Shown: positions 26,741 through 41,769, counted from the first letter of the stretch. The stretch: 64,000 bases of DNA from Octopus sinensis (GCF_006345805.1 NC_042998.1:191332001-191396000), one strand, 5' to 3'. Made by a program: numbers and translations. Notes: generated by a model not told the origin, from the letters alone.

Positions 26741-27360
26741 TGTCTGTGTGTGTCCGTGCGTGTGTACATATATATGTATATATGTATACATGTATATATG
26801 TGTGTACATATATACATATGTGTGCGTGTGTGCGGGAGTGTTTATATAAGCTGGCTTCCAGTAGCTGCCCTGATAATCCCCATATACTTGAGCTATTTTG
26901 TCTCTAGATAATCGTTTATTTTCGATTCTAAAATCATAAATGACAAAATGTGACCAAATGAAAAATACAGATATATTTTGTGGTGCATCACTGACTTAAC
27001 AGGCATTCATTATGAAGAGAATTGATCTGCTAGTAGGGTAGATTCTTCGTATCTAAAGCAATCAACTACTGACGATTGAATATGATTAATTTGACAAGTG
27101 TTCTTAACACATGCACAGCACTCTTTTATTTAAAGCAATAATTACTTCAGTTTCTGTTTCAACCTATTTTTTCTCATAAAAAAAGAGGTTCTCTCCCGTA
27201 CTTGCTGAAATAATTAAATTAATTCTATGCGGTGACTAATTCTGTTGTTTTCTTCTTTGTATAATTATTTCTAATTAACTTCTTCATGAACCCTGCATTA
27301 AATATGGTAACATAACTAACGTAAAAGAGAGCTTGCTTATATATATATATATAATATATA

Positions 27361-27425
<65 letters not shown>

Positions 27426-27566
27426 GCTTCAGAATACATAGTTCAGCCATTTTGTTAACTATATTTTTCAAACAAAACTCTTTTATGCAGTCTTTTGTTA
27501 GGGCTACGAAATGCCCACAAATGAAAATTGACACTATTCTGTTTTTGATACATTATTGTAGTATGT

Positions 27567-27866
27567 ATGGAGGCGCAATGGCCCAGCGGTTAGGTCGTAA
27601 GATCGCGGATTCGATTCCCCGACCGGGTGTTCTGAGTGTTTATTGAGCGAAAACACCTAAAGATCCATGAGGCTCCGGCAGGGTGGTGGTGGCGATCCCT
27701 GTTATACTCTTTCGCCACAACTTTCTGTCACTCTTTTCTTCTGTTGGCCTGCTCGCTTAGCCAGCGGGGTGGCGTCATTTAAAGGCTAAAACAATGCGAA
27801 TCGCATTGTGACCAGCGGTATGTAGCAACATCTGATAGCCTGGTCGATCACGGTGATCACGGTGAT
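27567..27866 (+). mobile_element. tRNA-derived SINE family C with target-site duplication
   Basis: A box TGGCCCAGCGG, B box GATTCGATTCC, (CACGGTGAT)n tail. Flanked by the direct repeat ATTGTAGTATGT at 27555-27566 and 27865-27876. Confidence 0.9.
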
Positions 27867-29014
27867 TGTAGTATGTTCCTAAATGTTCAGTCTTCTCTCT
27901 TCTGTTTATAAGTGTACCTACTGGCTGGTTCTGTTTGTAGCTTTCTGACATCATTTCGCATCGAATATTTAAAAAATAAATATTAAGCATAAGAGTTTTT
28001 GCTTCCTAAATTCTGAAACGGACGTATTTTCTTCTTCATGTCTGTGGAATGTTACTAATACATATCTAATTCTATATCTTTAGTATGTACGTCATTATTT
28101 TAGAAGCGCTATATCGGTTTTATAACGATTTTTCTCTCACTGTATGTATATACATATATACAAACATACATAAACATATTACACCTATGCATGCGTATAT
28201 ACATACATGTATATGCATATACGTATGGAAATACGAACACATATGCACACACACACACACATACAGAGGGAGAGAGATATTAAATATGTAGATATAAATA
28301 TACCAACTGAAGCCTACCTAATCTCTAATGTTATCTATTTGCCATTATTTTGAGTGATATGTCGGAAGAATTTGCTATTGCTTAACCCTAGGTTAAACCA
28401 GGGAAAGTTTTTATATGATTTGATCGACATTGAGTTAACCAATATGCTGGTTTTCGAACTAAAATTCTTCCTACTTGTGATTTGGTTGGAAGTTGACTGC
28501 TGTTTCTAGGCAGGTTAAATGAGAGCATAGAATATTGGTTTGTTCCCGAACAATTCACCGTAATGGATACTTAAGTGCCCCACGGATTAAAAACAAAAAG
28601 AAGTTTTTTGCGCTTTTAAAAAATTCATAATGATCTTTGAGTGTCTTGGAAAAAACGTGCCGTTCATAATTGTGTTACACGCAACCATTATTAATAAAAC
28701 AAAATAATCAACACTTTTCTACATGATTTTGTAATATTTTTAGCGTTAAAACCGTTTTTTAAAAATGTCCAAGCGAATTGCACCAGTATTTTTTTAATAT
28801 CATATATAAACACCCCACAATGCGAAAAAAGGCCGAGAAGCAGTTGTAGAAGTTACTTATGTGACATATTCGAATTAATTTGATTCCCAAATCTGTCCTG
28901 ACCTAGGATACGTTTCTTCAGAATATTCTAGCCAAGACTACTTCGTACTGTTTTCAGACACTGTAATTCCATAACCATCACCAATTTATCTTTATAACAT
29001 AATTGTGGATAGTG

Positions 29015-29200
29015 TTGATATTGTTGTTTAGTATCCATGGTCAATGATGATATAGCCGTGACCATCCAATCTTTATCCTATGCACAGGAAACCCCAGATT
29101 TCTATAATGCTATATGTTTTTCTAAGAAGCTGAATTATGGTTTGCAGAAGATTTGGTCGTTTATTTCTAGTCGGTCTAGTGATTATTGAAAGGCTTTCTC
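29015..29200 (-). mobile_element. Old dispersed repeat (SINE-like family E, ends in (AAC)n), degraded
   Basis: The reverse complement matches the modules ctagaaatagcagccaaatct…ggatggtcacggct…ctaaacaacaa seen at 45435-45625, 53355-53535, 15770-15935, 39515-39590 and 47525-47605. Confidence 0.55.
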
Positions 29201-29695
29201 TCTGACTTGTGTTTATAAAAGAGATTCGATACCACAAACATGATGGTAAAACCGCATTACTTTAAAATTAATAAAACATATCTCCTCACATTGGCACATT
29301 TATATAGCCTCAATGATTGTTCATCAGCCACTTATTCTCTCATATCTTTTTGCTCATTCTTATCTCTCTATATATTATCATGCCTATACTAGAAAAAATA
29401 CACATGGAGCAAATTAGTGTACCAAGTGGCGAGGTTAAACGTTGGCTAGGAGTTAGTGTTCACGAAATTTACAAACCCTCTCATAAACCGAGAGTGATAT
29501 AATCGATATTAAGCTTGAATAACTATTGGCCATTATTTTCATGAAATAGTTGGGCGTTGAGGGATTTAAGAAGCTTACTATACTAGTAAGGAAGTATCGA
29601 GCGCATGTTTAAGTATGAGACTGGGAGGGGAGGTACCGTAGGAAATGGCCTGAGTTGGGAAAGTATGCAGCTGTCCACAGTTCAAGAACAAAGAC

Positions 29696-29767
29696 TGTTG
29701 TAGAGCGATAGAGAGAGAAAGACAGGTGGCAAACGAGGGGGTAGCGAGCGAGCGAAAGTGCGCAAGT
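29696..29767 (+). repeat. About 72-bp dispersed repeat, copy 2
   Basis: Near-identical to 26290-26362. Confidence 0.85.
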
Positions 29768-32700
29768 AAAATAAGTTATAGGCTGTCAAAGACTGTCTTT
29801 AGCATCTAAATTTACTAATGGTCATGGCTCTTGATCAGGGAATAAAAATACCTCATGGCAAACTAATAATATTGATAATTGATTACACTTTTCTGAAATC
29901 TATTTTTAAGAAAACAAAAGAAAACCAAACAAAACACGGACCCTGATCCCTTAATAGTCATATTTGAATGCCAACTATAATATGTATATAGCTGTTTATC
30001 TACCATTTTTCTATAGCTTTTTGTCTGCTTTTTCTGATTGACAGAATTGACAGAATAATTCGACGTGCAAAGTTAGTTTGGCAACCATCTCGTTTTCCTA
30101 TGAAGCCATTTACTCTCGATTAGTTGAAATCATTTTCAAAGGTTCACTCAATCAACTTTACTATTGTTTTCACACTTATACATATATATATATATATTAT
30201 ATATATATATATATTATATATATATATATGTATTAATTTAAACAGTTATGTTGTAACATACTTGTATATGCCCCTACTTTTTACTCCTGCCATCTAAATT
30301 GAGTATTATTAAATCCCCTTCTGCTGTATGATAGACGGAATTCATATAATATTTCATTAAATTTATTCGATAATTTATATTGAAAATTAAAAGGGAAAAT
30401 TGAAATGAAATTTTAACAAGATTATTGCAATATTGACCCGAAATATACGATTTACGATGACGACTACAATATTGAACAGTTTGGATTTTTGCCAAGTAGC
30501 TTCATTATTAATCAATTATTTTAGTAACCAGTTTAGAATTCTGTCATGGGTATTGCTGTTTTGGGAAAAGTTGAGAGACGCCTCAAACAGAACATTAGTG
30601 AAATATTGAGAAAATATGGAAAGATGAAAGTGTAGTTTTTCAGAGAAACCACTAATATAAGTACAGTGATGTATACAGGTGGAAGAAATCAATACATTGG
30701 CAGATAGAAACACATTTATGCATATACACACATATTTAGATAGATTTAAATAAGGGAGGTGAATGAGATAGGTGGGAGAGTACGAGTAAATTTTAAAAAG
30801 AGAAATAACAATATTCGACGTCCAAAATCTACAAACGGTAGCAATCGATGATACAACTAGTTTAACTAATACTTCTTAACACATAAAGTTAGACCAATAT
30901 GCATTGTTTCTGCTACTGTCTGTTTCTACTAATATTACTATTATTCATTAGATGTGTCTGTTATACAACCAAACTATGACATACTGAAGAAAGTAAAATC
31001 AAGTCCGTATGTCTCGCAATAATTACAACCGAATAATATTCAGTTAATTCTGTGTTCATGTAATATCTGTGTTTCAGGCTTCATGTCTCTGGAATGTTGT
31101 CTTATTGATCGCTTTTTAAAAGAACACATATATGCGAACGCAATAACTATCAATTCTCTACTATATATGGAATATATTGATTGATATGACCCTTAACTGT
31201 TTTAGGTCAGATGGGTATTTCAGATGAGGTTACTCATGTCCATAGAGCCAGTTTCATTCAACTACCACCTCTCTCTCATTTTCAGCCATTCTCTCCCCTT
31301 TTCTCCCTCATCTCTCTTTCTTCTCATCCAGATAACTTTAGGTTAATGCTTACAACTCCTTAGTAATAATTTGATAAATTTTACAGACGGGCAGACACCT
31401 TGCTAATATCTAGACGGACACATCACAACTATTCTGATCTAGAGCAGAATCTAGTGTTTTAAGTCTACGTGAAAACTAATGATAGCAATACCATTTGACA
31501 GACCATATATAACTCTGAAGAAACACACACGTTTGAAGAAACACACACGTCTGAATTACATTTCTAAGGATGTATTCAGTAGCCATAAAAAAAAAATCGA
31601 ATCTTTAAAGTACATTTTTTTTTTTTTACACATACAAACTTTTCCTTCATTTCGATTTTCTGATAATTTTATTGATTTCTAATGTTTTTCGGGTTCTCTG
31701 CTTTCGTGAAATTTGATGAATAATTTTTTTAACCTTTTGTTTTTATTGTAAACCACAGAAATATTTGTACTATATTTATTTTGGCTCGCAATAATATGGC
31801 TTTATGAATATAATTCCTTTAACGGCACAAATTAACTTTCATCACACCAATGAAATTATTACCACGAAGTGCACAGATATAAGACGAAACTTCAGTTGCT
31901 ATCTCCGTTTAGTGTTTTGTTTCAAGTAATTGAAATATTCATCTCAACAGTTCAAATGGCAGATTACTCTTTTCATTCCATATATCTTATCATTGTCTTA
32001 ATCTTCCTTTTACAGTGGTTATTATATTTTACATTTTCATCTTTTCGCTTTGATCTATTTACAATTCTAACATGAAACTTTTGGATAAAAAGAAATCTGC
32101 CAGTGCCGCTTTTGAGTGTAAGGTAATACACAGTACAGAAAGACACATATATTTCGTATCCCTTACTCCCCTACCTAATTCCTTCTTTTTCTTCTTATCC
32201 ATATTATTGTTGTGGTTTTTTATTGTTAGATTTATCAATTCTGGTAATGAATTCACTGACAAAACCCCCTTTATCTAGCACAAATAGCTATTTACTCTTT
32301 CGGCTATCAACAAACAAGAAATAATCAGATGTGAAAGATTAATTGTTCGTAACCAAAAGGGAAATAGATAACTTAGTTTATTAGCTTCATCTTATTCTGT
32401 TAATAAATAATTGAAGTGGCCAAATATAATAGAAATCAGAAAGATTTGTTTCGAGCCAGAGCTTCTTTGATATTGCGCTGGAAATTCACATTCCCTAAGA
32501 TATTCCTCTTAAGCATAATCTTTCACTGCTTGATTTTTCCCTCCTTGTTAACAACAGTTAATAAAAATATTGATTTTTTAGTTCCATATTTGATTCTGTA
32601 GAAACTGGAGTACTATGTCGTTCATGTTTTATACAGGCTGAAATGAATTCAACTGGGAATCAAAATCACTCACGCAACGTATCTGGAAACTATCTTTTAC

Positions 32701-33137
32701 ACATCGACGAAACAGGGGTTCATTTTCTGTCACACTTCGCGTTACATTTTTTAAAAATGAAGGCCAACAAACCAGAAGAGGAAGTTTAACATTGTTGTAC
32801 GACATCATATTTCTCGAGCGACATCATAACATCTTATAAAGGAAAATCATATTATATATTCCTAGATACACTATGTACAAAAAGAAAACACACAACAAAA
32901 ACCGTAAGAGGAGGGAAACTGAAATGCATTTTATTATTTTTATACTCGGTTAGAGCTGAACTGAGACACCAGTTACAACATATATGTACATAAAGGACTA
33001 TTGTTGCCAATAGTAATAGAAAGCGCAAAAATAAACGTAACGAAAATGAATAGAAAAGCTCGATGTTATTTTATATATTAAGTAATCTAAGCTTGTTAAC
33101 GAAATATAAGATGACAAAATACGGATGAGAGCTCCTA

Positions 33138-34256
33138 CGCGGGTAGTCTTAAAAGTCCATAGGCTAACTGAGAAGGATTGATACTAGAGCTGTGAAATCT
33201 TGTATGCATTAATTTCGATTGTTCTTATTCATAACTGCATTTTTTTTATTTCCAGGTAAACTGACATCTCACTATTCAAAGAATACTTCAAATGTAGCTG
33301 ATAGCGACTTCTTGTGCAAAAGTGGGCTGTTAAATTTAGGATGGAGAGGAAGAGTCTAGAAAATGACCCAAATTCTAGACGTTCAGCAATTGCCACCACC
33401 GAGGGAAACATTGATCGCATTCACCACCAGGCGAGTAACTATAAATGAAATAGCCAATGCTGTTAGCATATTCCGCGAGAGAGTTGACAATAATCTGCAC
33501 AGTGAACTTGGCATGACGAAGGCTTCTGCTTGGTGGGTGCCATGTTCTCTGATACTTGATCAAAAATGCACCAGCCTTATCACATTACAGGAAATTCTGA
33601 TACTGTTTGAGGTAGATACAGTTACTTTCTTTGAACGTTTTCTAACGTGAGTTCTGGGTTCACCTTTTTCAGGCAGAGACAAAGAGACAATCCATGTAGT
33701 AGAAACACTCCTCACTCACTTGCTCCATAGAAGGCCAATATTGTTCCGTTTGCAGGGAAGGTGACAGCCTCATTTTTGGGGGCGGTGGCGGGGGGAAAGG
33801 TATCGTTTTTATTGACTATCTTCAAAAGGACCACATCATCCATGTAGACTACCACGCAAACTTGCCAAGGCAGTTTCGAAAGCTATCAAAACAGTACGCC
33901 TAGGAAAACCGACAAAAAGTGTCTTGTTTCATCAGGACAATCAATGGCTACTGTGCGCGACTGTGGCTTTGAAGTGGTTGATCATCCACCCAGTTCGTCT
34001 TATTTATCTTCATCTGACTATCATCCGTTCCTCAGCATGCAAAAAACATTTGACTGGAAACTTGTATCGCAGTGAAGATGATGTCATATCTGCTGTTGAT
34101 GAATTAAAGCGTTTTCACCATTGGGATCCAAGCACTGCAACACCAATTGAAGAAATGTGTGGACTGCAAGGAAGAGTAAGTTGAAAAGTAAACCTCATTT
34201 GGTCACATTACATGAGAGTGTCTTGGTCAGACTATGAACTCTGTAGCCTACCTTCC
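33138..34256 (+). mobile_element. Decayed mariner (Tc1/mariner) DNA transposon with transposase pseudogene
   Basis: Translated pieces RRVTINEIANAVS…ELGMTKASAWWVPCSL (WVPHEL-type motif), FIDYLQK, LFHQDN, KKHLTGNLYRSEDDVISAVD. Degenerate terminal inverted repeats (24 of 36 positions match by manual alignment) flanked by TA at 33136-37 and 34257-58. Stops and frameshifts are present. Confidence 0.92.
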
Positions 34257-34929
34257 TATATTAGATTCTTTTTCAGACGCTTCAAATACTTCAAATAAAT
34301 TCCCAGATTTTTCAGATATTAAATATCTGTAAACAATATTGTTTTTGAAGCAGGTGAATATTTTAATGAACAAAATTCAACAATTGATGTTATTTTAAGT
34401 TGAAAATATCTTATAGATATATCGGATTTCCTCTCAAATTAGGCCAAGATGGCTGTAATTTTGAGCAGTAAATAAAGTGGCTAAATTTGAGTAATATGTG
34501 TAAGATTACAGCTTTTGTTTAGTTCCGTGTTAACGGTGACCCAAAAGATTGTGCTATAAATCACTTGAGTCAAAACCACTCTATTTCAAGAAGGTGAGTA
34601 TGTTCACAGGAAAATTTAAATTTTATTTGTAATGAGTTGTGTGTGTCGCTCCACTTTAAAAATATTCTGTTTTCTCGAGGAAATCTATAATCAAAAGCTT
34701 CCCAGCTACGACAGTTCAGGCCTTAGATTATATCTAGGAACATATTCAAAGCTGCCTTTTACATTTTTTAGGCAGTAGGATGAAATTCGAGGGAGGTTTC
34801 ACTGTTTATTCCAACCGGTGTAGCAACACGGCAAGGACCATCTCATGGTTCCGGGGAGCAGAATTATGAGCATTTTGATGCCATTCTTTAAATTACAGAT
34901 TTTGATGGACAGCCAAGTTTATAAAAGAT

Positions 34930-36050
34930 CACAAATAAAGCTTTTCTGTTGGCCACATCAAAGGCTTTAATAAGTTTCTACTAATAACTGGCAGTTGTCT
35001 AGCCGAGAAAATTGTCCATTGTCTCTGCCCACTCAGCTGCTCAGAGTGAGTTCCTGGTAAAATTATAGGGTAGATGTCACGCATCAGACTGCTTAACATT
35101 ACTCTCGGGAGGACATTACCCACAGATTCTGACAGAGTGATATCACGGAAATTGTCACATATACACATAGGTCCTTTACTCTTAATTAATGAACACTAGT
35201 AGACCACCAATCGAGTTGTATGAAATCGCACCTCCTCCTCAGCAAGCAAGTATAATTGCATGCATTGCAGATTGCGCAGTATTGCCTCCTGATATGAAGA
35301 GTTCTATAGGTATTGCATCTAGGTCAATAGACCCACTAGAGTTTACTAATTAGTAACAAGATCTCACAATATTCAGATATGTTATCTTTATACGTTATCA
35401 TGTGTCTTTGTAGCATTACTTTAATTATTTCTATGTTAACCCTGGAAAGGTTAAAAATATTTCCCAAAAGTATTCTTCCCATTGTTGTATTATTTTAACT
35501 GTGTCCTTAAAGAGGGTCCGTCCACTTTTTGATTGCAAAGGAACTACATCAGATGACTGAGGTCTTAATACTTCTCTAAGGAAATCATATTAAGCCTCGG
35601 AATCTTTTCTTTTGGTTGTATGTTCAACATCCGATGAGATTTGCGACTGCCTTGTAGTTTTAATTTTTCTCAAGTCTTGCTACAACGTTGCTTTCTGCGA
35701 CTTATAGTACCGTTTAGTGGACTTTTTATTCTTTGCATTAACATCCGTTAAAATCTCGTAAATTGATTGTTTTTCTTTCAGCAGTTGGCATATGTAATTA
35801 TTGTTAGTATCACACCAAGCGTTTTTGTATCTTGCTTTTGACTCTCAAAATGATGACACCCAAATCATATACTTGAACATTGAAATTCTTTCAAGCTCCA
35901 TTAAAACTGATATCATTGAACTTCTTTTGTATAAGTTTTAACAGAAATGATTTATCAAGCTTATCAACATCAATTTGATAGTCTTGCACTATTCATGCAA
36001 ATTTTCTTAGGAATCCGAAATTTGAATTTAGACCTTGCAATCTGTGCAAC
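34930..36050 (-). pseudogene. Decayed RTE-clade LINE ORF2 fragment (linker and RT domains 0-3)
   Basis: Minus-strand pieces in order: RTLFKDTVKIIQQWEEYF (ERWAEHF-like), DAIPIELFISGG (DGIPAE..K.GG), KGPMCICDNFRDITLSESVGNVLPRVML (KG….C.NYRGISLL…GK..AR..L), FSARQL, KAFDVANRKAL. The upstream limit is approximate. Confidence 0.85.
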
Positions 36051-36489
36051 ATAAAACACGAAGAAAGCAAGTCTCTTGAATATCAAAATTTCGAGTAAGA
36101 AAAATCAATCGTGGATGTTTTCACGTTACTTTATGCCGTAATTTGTGCCTAAAAATGTTTTAAATATTTAAATTAATTTCAGAGCAATGTTAAAGTATGT
36201 GTAACCCATTACTGTTCTCATAACCAGTGTCATGGCGGCCACGTGAAATTTTAAATTGTCTACCAACACCAGCGCGAAAATCTCTCACAAACAAAAGGTT
36301 TTCATGGGTAAGTGCAACATAAATGCTATTGTGAGTGATGAAGAGATGAAGAATTCAAACGGAGCAGAGACATAACAGCTTCATGCTAGAGGAATTTTCA
36401 ATTCCATCAATTGATAATAAATAGTATACAGTTGCTCCAAATCCTCCGATTTGCTTTTATAGCAAATTTGACACCTCCACCTCTTCAAA

Positions 36490-36758
36490 CATCCCTTGGT
36501 TTTCCAGTTCAGAATAATTTTTGAACACCAAAAATTAACACCAAAAATTATTTACATCAAAAAGTTTTCTATTAAAATCCCTGTTTTTTACGAATTTTTG
36601 CCTGCTGTGTCGCCATTTTTCGGTGTATTTCAACCAGAAAAATGTTCACATAAAGAGAATAACAAGCTACATGATGCAAAATTTTTACTTTTCTAAAATT
36701 CCAATTCTAAAGGGTCGAAAAGAAAACAAACCCGAGCAACGGCGGGCTATACTGCTAG
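36490..36758 (+). mobile_element. Helitron 3' terminal fragment
   Basis: Ends ACAAACCCGAGCAACGGCGGGCTATACTG-CTAG, almost identical to the 3' hairpin and CTAG of the element at 18366. The internal sequence differs and no TC 5' end was found. Confidence 0.7.
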
Positions 36759-37960
36759 ATCAAGTTAAAGACGTCACGGTTGACAATCCCAAGCATTGAA
36801 GGCTGTCTGACTTTTATCTGTCAAATGTTGTAGAAGATTATCACGTGATTAGCCTTTGAAACTTTTGTCAATTCCTTGCTACGTCCGTGTGTTAATATTG
36901 TGTGACTATATTTATTGCGGCGAAAATTAAAGCTGACACGGTTGAGTGAAAGTGTCTCGTGACAGTCCTAAACAAGGCTATCAAACTTTAATCTGTCAAG
37001 CGGTAGACTGAACAGCTAAAGTTGTTAAGTAATCTGTTTATTTTCGAAACATTTTTGGTAGAGAGATCATTCAATTACGGCGTTGAAGAATTACTGAATT
37101 TCTATGTTACCACAGGATTACTGCACATGCGCAACATTAAATCCTTTAGTTCTGTATGAAAATTATCTTAGATTTGCAGAAGCAAAATGACCATACAATA
37201 AGTTACGTTTTGGTTAACGTATGCGGATTGCAACAGATGTAATATTTTGGAAGGGTCATACCGGAAATAAGACAAGAGAATTGGTCGTATTTTACTGGTT
37301 GTATTAGCAATAAAAATTGAAGTGAAATACAATGAATGCTTGCATTTTATTGACAAAATTACTTTCTCAAGTATGACATACATAAGTATAAATATCGAAA
37401 TAAAGAAATAGCTACAAAAACGATACATACATATCAATAGATAGATAAATACATAGTTAGATAGATAGATACAAACAATTCATTTCCCAGTGAACTGAAC
37501 AGTTCTGAACTGGTCCTTGTGAACTTCAAATACAGTTATCGTACATAATTTTTTAATAGTCTTCAAAGCAAAGACACTGCGGCAGGAAACAGTTATTTGG
37601 TGCGTACAGACATTAAAATTAAACACAATGCTTTATACGAAGCAGATGTTTGCTCTGAGTAGAACCACGAAGTAAAAACATCCATAAAAAAAGTATTTTC
37701 ATATGAACATTTATCTCTATGAGATGCATTTCTAATTATCAATATAAAAACACAGCCACAATAATACATCCTTACTAATAAACATTGCAGATCAAAGGAT
37801 GCCCTGCAACGATTAATATAATAATATAGAATTCCCAGTAAAGACAACACACGCACACACACAGACACACACACACGTACACACACACACGCGCATACAC
37901 ATACACGCACATACACACTCATTCACACACGTAGATTGGTGTCAGAGTCAAATTTGATTT

Positions 37961-37967
<7 letters not shown>

Positions 37968-38050
<83 letters not shown>

Positions 38051-38099
38051 TATACATATATATACATATATATATATATATACATACATATATATAAAA

Positions 38100-38177
<78 letters not shown>

Positions 38178-38294
38178 GTATATATATACATTTATATATA
38201 TACATATGTATATATATACTTACGTATGGATATCTATATATATATATATATACATATGTATATATATACTTACGTATGGATATCTATATATATA

Positions 38295-38332
<38 letters not shown>
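37968..38332. repeat. (TA)n microsatellite tract
   Basis: Direct reading. Confidence 0.97.
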
Positions 38333-38333
<1 letters not shown>

Positions 38334-38947
38334 TGTGTGTGCGTGTATTCATATATAATACTTGATTGTTGTTTTATTTTCTTGATTTCAGGGGAATAAA
38401 AAAAAACATAACGCTGACTTCAGTGTGTGATTGGAACCGAGAAAGTCCACGGCCTTAACTAATCAAAATAATGCTCTGTGGTGGATTCTTATCGATTGTG
38501 CCATTCCCTGCCCTTGAAACGATGCCCCTTTTACAAGTACTAACTTATTCAATAATTGAAACTAATAATTACGATCATATCTACAGTATGTGTTTTCTAC
38601 ATCCATTTAAATAAATGGGGACGTCTTAGACACTAGCCTATCTTAAAATGTCTCTTAAATAAACTTATCTTCCTTTAAAAGATATGCCTCAGCTGCACTT
38701 GAAAGGAACCAACTGGATGTTGCTTATGTCAGATCGAATCTCAACGGGAATTATAATACAAAAACAAGAAGTTCATCTGTGTGATATAAACAGTTACCTT
38801 ATAATAATACGTCTTAAATGCTTTAAAGAATTGAGGTCCAATTTTTTTAAGGAGAGCAAGAAAAGTAACAACATATCGATAAAGCTTCTTCGGTGTGGGT
38901 CTATCTATAAGAAATGGCATTAAAATTATACACAAGCAATTATACAC

Positions 38948-39356
38948 AGGCGTAGGAGTGGTTGTGTGGTAAGTAGTTTGCTTACCAACCACACGGTTCC
39001 GGGTTCAGTCCCACTGCGTGGCACCTTGGGCAAGTGTCTTCTACTATAGCCTCGAGCCGACCAAAGCCTTGCGAGTGGATTTGGTAGACGGAAACTGAAA
39101 GAAGCCCATCGTATATATGTATATATATACGTGGGTATATGTGTTTGTGTGTTTGTGTTTGTCCCCCCAACATCGCTTGACAACCGATGCTGGTGCGTTT
39201 ACGTCCCCGTAACTTAGCGGTTCGGCAAAAGTTCTTATTCTATTCGACCGATAGAATAAGAAGTAGGCTTACAAAGAATAAGTCCTGGGGTTGATTTACT
39301 CGAATAAAGGCCGTGCTCCAGCATGGCCACAGTCAAATTACTGAAACAAGAAAAAG
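38948..39356 (+). mobile_element. tRNA-derived SINE family A, full length
   Basis: A-box-like TGGTTGTGTGG, B box GGTTCAGTCCC, internal microsatellite, 3' …ctgaaacaagaaaaag. Confidence 0.93.
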
Positions 39357-39714
39357 GGTGAACGCACCAGCATCCTCCCGTAGTAAATATTTATTGTAGT
39401 CAATAAATAGGACTTCACAAATACTACACATACATAGTTATATATTTATCTTAACATACTAATTTTTGTATATATGTGTGTGTATAGAAATATATGTATA
39501 AGAGATCACACAACTGTCGTTAGAACACCTTTGATTATAGGTCTACTCGATCAGAATCGACCTGGGGCTAAACAGCAACAGTAACAACAACGAAATTGGG
39601 ACATTAGAAGAGGAAAAAAAAAGAAAAAGTTAATAAAATTAAAGTAAGGAAGGAAGGAAAAAAGAAAGAAAGAAAGAAAGGAAAAAAAGACAGACAGCAC
39701 ATAAGGCAATAGCT

Positions 39715-39866
39715 ACACGCAAACACAAACACACACACCACACACACAAACACACACACACCACACACACAAACATACACACACACACACATATACACAC
39801 AAACACAAATACACACACAAATACACAAACACACACACACACACATACACACAACCACACACACAA

Positions 39867-39898
<32 letters not shown>

Positions 39899-39918
39899 AC
39901 AACCACACACACAAAAAC

Positions 39919-39951
<33 letters not shown>

Positions 39952-40372
39952 TACACACAAACACACACACATACACACACAAATACACAAACACACACAT
40001 ACACACAAACACACACACACACATACACACAAACACCACACACACAAAAACACACACACACATACACACACAAACATACACACACAAATACACAAACACA
40101 CACAAACACACACACACACATACACACACAACCACACACAAATACACACACAAACACACACACACACACACACACACAACCACACACAAATACACACATA
40201 CACACAACCACACACACAAAAACACACATACACAAACACACACACACACATATACACACAAACACACAAACACACAAACACAAATACACACACAAATACA
40301 CAAACACACACAAACACACAAACACACACACACACACAACCACACACACAAAAACACACACACACATACACA

Positions 40373-40406
<34 letters not shown>
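39715..40406. repeat. Degenerate (CA)n tract with recurring AACCAC/AAATAC variants
   Basis: Direct reading. It explains the 246-267 aa CVCV ORFs. Confidence 0.96.
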
Positions 40407-40408
<2 letters not shown>

Positions 40409-41692
40409 GTGAACTGAGGTGGGGATATTATTTTCCCCCGTTTGTGACTTCAAATTCCCAAAGGTTTTGGAATAACGATTTGCCGTTCATTCGAACGAGA
40501 TCGATTCCGAGTGTAATCAGAGCTGACTCGATCGACTATACGCCATGCTTATTACTTCACACACAACACACACGTCGTTGCTTTCTAAGGAAAAATCGTG
40601 TACGTGGGGGGGGGGGGGTGTGCAGTTGTGACGGGCAAAGAGCGCGATTTTCCTTTTTTTCAGTTTCCAGGAACCTCGAACATTAACACCATTCGAACCT
40701 CATATCAAAAATAAGCATAGACACCACTCGAAGAAACCTGCGCTTACTCCTCCGCCCACCCACCCACTTATCCTCATTCTACTTTCCCTCCTCCTCCTCC
40801 TCCTCTTTCACCCGTATATATTCACATGTACAGACTGCAATTCAATATATTTAGTTATATCGAACACGCATAGGATATTAACAATAATAACAATAATAAA
40901 AAAAAGATAGCATTTGGGAAGAACTTAAATTAGCAATGTTAGATTTATGCGCAGAATACGAGTTATGTCCCATTGACTGGAACGTGCATTTAATTTGAAA
41001 ATAATAAAGATAGAGAAAAAAATTGTTCGCAACATTGCTGTAGTTTGGATTATAGAATTGTCTTCTATTGTGTTGCTATTTATTCAGTAACACTATCGCA
41101 AAAATAAAATCTGTTCAGCTGAGCGTTAGCTATGATGATGTTAGATGTGTTCTATATATTAACATATCTTCCGGTCCAGTATTCTATTTAAGGTGATTAC
41201 ATTCAACATTCTATATCATAAACAGTAGATGTTATGCAGCGTATTTCACATAGGTATATAGAAAACGGTGCTTTTTCTACTACTTTCATTCATTCTCTTT
41301 CTCTCTCTCCCTCTTTCTCTCTCATGCTTTGTGCGTGAATTGATGTGTACAAATGTATATGCATATAAATATGCGTGTGTGTGTATATATATATATATAT
41401 ATACATATATATGAGTGCATACATACACATGCACATAAAATCAGTCATAGATATACATGAAGGCATACATATCCGTCTTAAGCATATTCATATTGTTACT
41501 TGTAGAATACGTAAATGTGTATACATATATATGTAGATAGATATAGACATATATATTATATATGTGTCCATATACATATATACATATATACATACACACA
41601 TATGTGTATATATATATACATTTATAAATCTCTCTCTCTATATATATATTTATACATATGTATAATATGCATATATACACATACATATTACC

Positions 41693-41694
<2 letters not shown>

Positions 41695-41769
<75 letters not shown>

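Noticed and set aside
27569-27625. tRNA-like sequences at SINE heads (also 38948, 56311, 56931)
   Set aside because: They lack a complete cloverleaf and continue into SINE bodies, so they are not tRNA genes.
39604-40453. Long ORFs of 246-267 aa (CVCV…)
   Set aside because: Translations of a degenerate (CA)n tract, open in all three frames with no protein-like composition.
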